A stretch of DNA of 64,000 nt from Mycoplasmatota bacterium. Its GTDB lineage: Bacteria > Bacillota_I > Bacilli_A > Mycoplasmatales > MT37. A program made the translations under genes and the position numbers. Position 1 is the first letter of the stretch. The number at the start of each line of letters is the position of its first letter. The stretch lies in contig CP138194.1 of the NCBI GenBank assembly GCA_033560715.1, positions 44,486 to 108,485 on the forward strand, given 5' to 3'. This document shows positions 61,054-64,000 of the stretch, piece by piece. Under the pieces are notes generated by a model. It saw only the letters and a program-made list of their open reading frames with translations. It was not told the origin of the DNA and did not search any database.

Positions 61054-61140
61054 TGGTGCAGAAAAGGAGACTTGAACTCCTACTCCCAAAAGGAACTAGA
61101 TCCTTAGTCTAGCGCGTCTACCAAATTCCGCCATTTCTGC
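61054..61140 (-). tRNA. class II tRNA-Leu with anticodon loop CUAAGGA (anticodon AAG)
   Basis: Acceptor GCAGAAA/TTTCTGC, anticodon stem CTAGA/TCTAG, long variable arm, GAGTTCAAGTCTC T-arm, encoded CCA. Confidence 0.8.
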
Positions 61141-61203
61141 TTTTAAATATTTTAACATTATTCATTTTTTCTAGTTAATTTTATCTTCAAAACTAGCTTG
61201 TAG

Positions 61204-61209
61204 TATAAT
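61204..61209 (+). promoter_or_regulatory. candidate -10 box (TATAAT) for pepA
   Basis: Perfect TATAAT 45 nt upstream of ATG 61255. AGGAG Shine-Dalgarno at 61244-61248. Confidence 0.35.
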
Positions 61210-61254
61210 TACAAATTAATATCACAATTCAAATTATTACATTAGGAGAAAAAA

Positions 61255-62664
61255 ATGAATTTTAAAACAATTAAATTAAATTTAAAATTTAATGCCAAAA
61301 ACCAAGCGATTACAATTAAAGGTTTTTATACAGGAGCAAAAATTGCCAAAATTAATGATTATTTAAGTGAGGATTTTGGTGCAATCACCACTTTTCCTGC
61401 TACTAAAACTGTTTATTATTGTTTAGGTAAAAAAACTAGTTTTACCATCAAAAAATTAAAAACTTGTTTTTGATCACTTTTAAATGATCGTTTTTTAAAC
61501 GTAAATTATGATTTAAATAGTTTTACGAATTCAAAAATTACCATCAATACTGTTTGCACAATTTTTTTAGAAATGTTGTTTCAAACCCGTTTTCCGTTAA
61601 AAAACCATAAATCAAAACCAACGGTATTAAAACCATTAAATATTAATGTTTTAGCTAAATTATCAGCGAAAACATTCCAAAATCACGTTGAAGAACAAAA
61701 AATTATTGGTGAATATTTGATGCTTTGTCGTAATTTACAAAACGAAGCACCAAATATTATGACTCCACAAGCGTTTGCCGAACAAATTAATGTCCAAGCA
61801 AAATCATTACCCAATTTAAAAATTGAAATTTGAGATGAAAAACAATTGGCAAAAAATAATTTTAATTTATTTTTAGCAGTTGCAGCTGGGAGTGCTAATT
61901 TACCGCGTTTAGTTAAATTAACTTATTGTGGTAATCCTAAACAAAAAACAACAACGGCATTAATTGGAAAAGGAATTACGTTTGATACTGGTGGATATTC
62001 ATTAAAACCATCGCAATATCAAAAGTATATGAAATATGACATGTCAGGAGCAGCAATTGCTTGTAGTACTTTATTAACAATTGCCAAATTAAAACTACCA
62101 GTTAATGTTACTGCCATTGCTTGTTTATCAGAAAATTTAATCGGTAAAAATGCTACTTTAGTTGAATCGGTTATTAAATCTAAATCAGGATTAACCGTTG
62201 AAATCACTAATACTGATGCTGAAGGTCGTTTGGTGGTTGCTGATGCAATTACGTATGCAATTAATGATTTAAAAGTTAATCAAATTATTGAACTTTCAAC
62301 TTTAACTGGCGCAATTACAGTTGTTTTAGGTGATTATATTACTGGTGCTTTTACCAATAATGAACGTTTGTATAAACAATTTGAAAAAGCAAGTTTAATT
62401 AGTAAAGAACCAATTTGAAAACTACCAGTTGCCGAATACAATCACGAATTAATGCGCGCTTCGGCAATTGCTGATTTAATTAATGCAAGTAGTGATTATC
62501 GTGGTGGTGCAAGTAATGCGGCCGCCTTTTTATTTGCGTTTGCAAAATCAAAACCATTTTTACATTTAGATATTGCCGGAACAGCAACAACACCATCAGC
62601 AATCAAACAAGCTACTGCAGTAATGTTAAAAACTTTAGTGGTTTTTTTCAAAGCATTAAAATAA
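61255..62664 (+). CDS. pepA: leucyl aminopeptidase (M17)
   Basis: NTDAEGRLVVAD, GKGITFDTGG and LHLDIAG motifs. Four track fragments lie in one frame. Confidence 0.9.
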
Positions 62665-62684
62665 TCATTTTTTCATGATTTTTT
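62663..62684 (+). terminator. weak intrinsic terminator candidate after pepA
   Basis: AATCAT-TTTTTC-ATGATT hairpin followed by TTTT. The stem is AT-rich, so the call is tentative. Confidence 0.3.
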
Positions 62685-62839
62685 ACGTTTGCAAAATGCT
62701 TTTAATATCATTTTTTGCAATCCAAAAAATATGATAAAATAATCGTTAATTCAAAATTAAAAGAATTTTGTAAAAAATGCTTCTTGAAAATTAATGAGAA
62801 AAATTTTTTACAGTCAAAAATAGGAGTAAAAAAACCAAA

Positions 62840-64000
62840 ATGGCAAAAGAAAAATTTAATCGTTCAAAAACCCATGTTAACATTGGAACGATTGGTCACG
62901 TTGACCACGGAAAAACAACTTTAACAGCAGCAATTACTGAATATTTATCAAGTCAAAATCTAGCAAAAGCAGTTGCATTTGATAAAATTGACGCTGCTCC
63001 CGAAGAAAAAGAACGTGGAATTACAATTAATACAGCACACGTTGAGTATGAAACATTAAAACGTCACTACGCACACGTTGACTGCCCAGGCCACGCCGAT
63101 TATATTAAAAACATGATTACTGGTGCCGCTCAAATGGATGGAGCAATTTTAGTTGTTGCTGCCAATGATGGGCCCATGCCACAAACACGTGAACACATTC
63201 TATTAGCAAAACAAGTTGGTGTTCCAAACATGGTCGTTTTTCTTAATAAATGCGACAAAGTTCAAGATGAAGAAATGCTTGAATTAGTTGAAATGGAAAT
63301 TCGTGATTTATTAAAAGAATACGATTTTGATGGTGATTCAACTCCAATCATTCGTGGTTCAGCATTATTAGCATTACAAAAAGATAAAACTGCGCAAATG
63401 CAAATTCAAAAATTAATGGATGCAGTTGATAGTTACATTCCTGATCCAGTTCGTGAAATTGATAAAAATTTCTTAATGTCAATTGAAGATGTTTTAACAA
63501 TTACAGGTCGTGGAACGGTTGCAACTGGACGTGTTGAACGTGGTGTTTTAGAATTAAACAAAGAAGTTGAAATCGTCGGTTTAAAACCAACTACTAAAGC
63601 GATTGTAACTGGAATTGAAATGTTTCGAAAATTATTAGATTCAGCTCAAGCCGGTGATAACGTTGGTGTATTACTACGTGGTGTTGAACGTAAATCAGTT
63701 TTACGTGGCCAAGTATTAGCAAAACCCGGAACTGTAACTCCGCACACGAAGTTTCGTGCCCAAGTTTATGTTTTGAAAAAAGAAGAAGGTGGACGTCACA
63801 CCCCATTTTTCACTAATTATCGTCCCCAATTTTATTTCCGGACAACTGATGTAACCGGTGTAGTTACATTACCAGCTGATGTTAAAATGGCAATGCCAGG
63901 TGATAATTTACAATTTACTGGTGAATTAATCAGTCCGGTTGCACTTGAAAAAGAAACAAAATTCTCAATTCGTGAAGGTGGCCACACAATTGGTGCCGGA
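62840..64000 (+). CDS. tuf: elongation factor Tu (3' end outside window)
   Basis: [28 protein letters not shown] and [13 protein letters not shown] at 62822-62826. The frame is open to the window edge. Confidence 0.97.
   Translation, partial: MAKEKFNRSKTHVNIGTIGHVDHGKTTLTAAITEYLSSQNLAKAVAFDKIDAAPEEKERGITINTAHVEYETLKRHYAHVDCPGHADYIKNMITGAAQMDGAILVVAANDGPMPQTREHILLAKQVGVPNMVVFLNKCDKVQDEEMLELVEMEIRDLLKEYDFDGDSTPIIRGSALLALQKDKTAQMQIQKLMDAVDSYIPDPVREIDKNFLMSIEDVLTITGRGTVATGRVERGVLELNKEVEIVGLKPTTKAIVTGIEMFRKLLDSAQAGDNVGVLLRGVERKSVLRGQVLAKPGTVTPHTKFRAQVYVLKKEEGGRHTPFFTNYRPQFYFRTTDVTGVVTLPADVKMAMPGDNLQFTGELISPVALEKETKFSIREGGHTIGAG

Noticed and set aside
62715-62924. A 69-aa ORF overlaps the tuf start region.
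   Set aside because: It starts at a non-ATG codon in the tuf leader and runs out of frame into tuf. It has no motif, and the region is better explained as the tuf promoter, leader and Shine-Dalgarno.

Overview
This is a strongly AT-rich, gene-dense window that only makes sense with translation table 4 (TGA = Trp). In the supplied standard-code ORF track, fragments of one gene share a frame and are separated only by in-frame TGA, often at conserved Trp positions. That points to a Mollicutes (Mycoplasma-like) chromosome. Re-read this way, I support about 62 protein genes, 10 tRNAs and a tmRNA. I see no rRNA, CRISPR array, IS element, integrase or prophage genes.

Most of the content is core housekeeping:
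- prpC-prkC, pepP, era, nfo-nusB-metK
- rpsL-rpsG-fusA
- tdk-prfA-prmC-tsaC on the minus strand
- nrnA, asnS, upp
- a complete F1Fo operon atpBEFHAGDC running directly into secA-uvrB-uvrA-lgt
- secG-smpB-ssrA, a single-TM diadenylate cyclase, mgtE
- tsaE-tsaB-leuS, ligA, gatCAB, ktrA/ktrB
- an 8-tRNA cluster, pepA, and the 5' part of tuf

Genes are tightly packed, with many start/stop overlaps of 1-41 nt.

The non-core content worth a second look:
1. An intact C39-peptidase ABC exporter (5889-7922, minus strand) with no visible cargo peptide.
2. A four-gene insert between leuS and ligA (48967-51611): two recently duplicated XRE regulators, a degenerate UlaD/HPS-like protein and a CPBP/Abi intramembrane protease.
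3. Three thymidine-kinase paralogues. One is divergent and translationally coupled to a NadR-type kinase-like protein.
4. Two NSS transporters, each paired with a tiny single-TM ORF.
5. An S12 decoding loop with substitutions at normally invariant positions.
6. Two tRNAs with unusual anticodon loops.

All calls come from reading motifs by eye. No database search was run.
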